Source of the DNA: Lama glama
Taxonomy: Eukaryota
DNA length: 64,000 nt
Direction: 5' to 3'
Assembly: GCA_028534125.1 (NCBI GenBank)
Contig: CM052817.1
Coordinates: 44,642,001-44,706,000, forward strand
In this document: one piece after another, positions 62,640 to 64,000 of the stretch
Position numbering within the stretch: the stretch's first letter is position 1
Layout of the letters: the number at the start of each line of letters is the position of its first letter
The notes under the pieces: model-generated
The model's database searches: none
What the model was told of the DNA's origin: nothing
The model's input: the letters and a program-made list of their open reading frames with translations, nothing else
Made by a program: the position numbers and the translations under genes

Positions 62640-64000
62640 GACATATATTATAGCCTAGAAGTCAAACTTATCTCATACAGAAGCCTTTGTGATCTGATTT
62701 CTCCCTGTGCATTTTAGCCTCTTCTGCTGCCTGTTCCCTGTGTGTACCCTCCATCCCAGCAATGTCAAGCTACTTGCTCTTCCCTGGATGTACTGCACTG
62801 TCCTAGACCTTCATGCCTTTGCCCAGGTTCTTTCCTCTTCTCTACCTGTCTGCCTGGCAACTTACGATCCATCAAGACTCTGCTCAAGCATTTCCTTCTC
62901 TGAAGCCTTCCTTGTAGACACAAGTAGGTCTGTCCTCCTGTACACAGTTATTACTCTTTGTGTGCACATCTGCTATAGTATTTAATACATTTTATTGTAG
63001 TCATTAATACACTGTCCTGCCTCATGAGACTGTGAGCCCTTAAAAAAACTACGACTTTATTATTAAGTGCTAAAAGTGATGTGCCACTGTATTAAGTACA
63101 GAGGATACAAAGACGAATAAGATAGGACTAACAAGGAGTTCCTAGTCTTGAAAGGGAGCTGGCATATAAACAAATATTGACAATACTTTATGATAAGTAC
63201 ACTAATAAAGATGGACAGATGATACATAGATAGATAGCTAGATGAAACACAGAGGTAGCAATGAGAGAAGAAACAGTGTCTTAATTAATTTTTCGTGTTT
63301 ATCCTCTAGCAGTGTGTGTGACACTTGATTGGCTTCCAATAAATTTGTTAAACCAGTAAATGCCAGGGCTTTTTGGGTACTTGTAATGTTTAGCACAAAC
63401 CTCCTATTAACAGCTATTATATCAGCATGGATATATAAAGGTGGAAAAGGTGTCGTCCTTTTTATGTACCCACCTACAGTCTTATGGCTGAGATACTTAA
63501 AACAGAAAATGATAGTAGTAGGACATTGGTGCTACAGTAGGGTTAAGCAATGATGCTAAATCCAGTCGATGCTCTACATTCCTCATCTTACTTGACTTTT
63601 CAACAACATTAGATACACATGACAATTGTTTTTCTCTTGAAACTCTCTTTTCTCTTAGGTGTCTTGGAAACACCTCTCTTGATTTTCCTCTTGCTCATTC
63701 TTTTCCAGTTTCTTATTCCAGCAAAACCCTCTGTAACAGACATAGTGTTTCCCATGGCTTCTGTTGCCACTTTCATGCCAGTGAATGTTTGCTTTGTATT
63801 TTAAGTCAAACATTTTAACTGATCTCCACACAAGTTAGTATATCTATATGTTCCTACATGACAGTTCTACGTGAAATGTTTCTCAACATTTCCAAATCCA
63901 TACATGATCTTTCCCCCAAACCTTTCTTCTAGCTATATGCACAAGGTAAAAACCTGATTCATCCTTGATACCTCTTCATTTAACCTGATATCCACTTTAC
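62640..64000. mobile_element. L2 fragments in both orientations
   Basis: AGACTGTGAGCCCT; GGATACAAAGACGAATAAGA; CATCTTACTTGACTTTTCAACAACATT. Confidence 0.5.

Overview
Mammalian, repeat-rich genomic DNA. It is most likely camelid, inferred from three copies of a short tRNA-derived SINE of the camelid vic-1 type. The window covers the divergent 5' ends of two genes. SHROOM3 is on the minus strand: its first coding exon (34752-34919) encodes the start of the PDZ domain, and about 34.7 kb of its long first intron fills the left half of the window. CCDC158 is on the plus strand: CpG-island promoter at about 42.8-43.7 kb, a probable 43-bp UTR exon, and coding exons 55109-55178 and 60960-61177. The rest is L1, L2, MIR, MaLR/ERVL/ERV1 LTRs, Tigger/hAT MITEs and microsatellites. 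The most notable unannotated feature is an intronless, disabled copy of the germline histone variant H2B.N (29865-30205, minus strand) in SHROOM3 intron 1, missed by the ORF track because of a frameshift and a nonsense codon. Next to it is a possible frame-preserving 78-nt cryptic exon. Other points: repeated retroposon insertion into one target site, an L1 with a 5' inversion, an orphan poly(A)-tailed insert, a uORF overlapping the SHROOM3 start, and candidate CTCF, RFX/MYB and NRF2 sites. Gene and repeat identities come from recall of known sequences, not database searches, and repeat boundaries and subfamily names are approximate.
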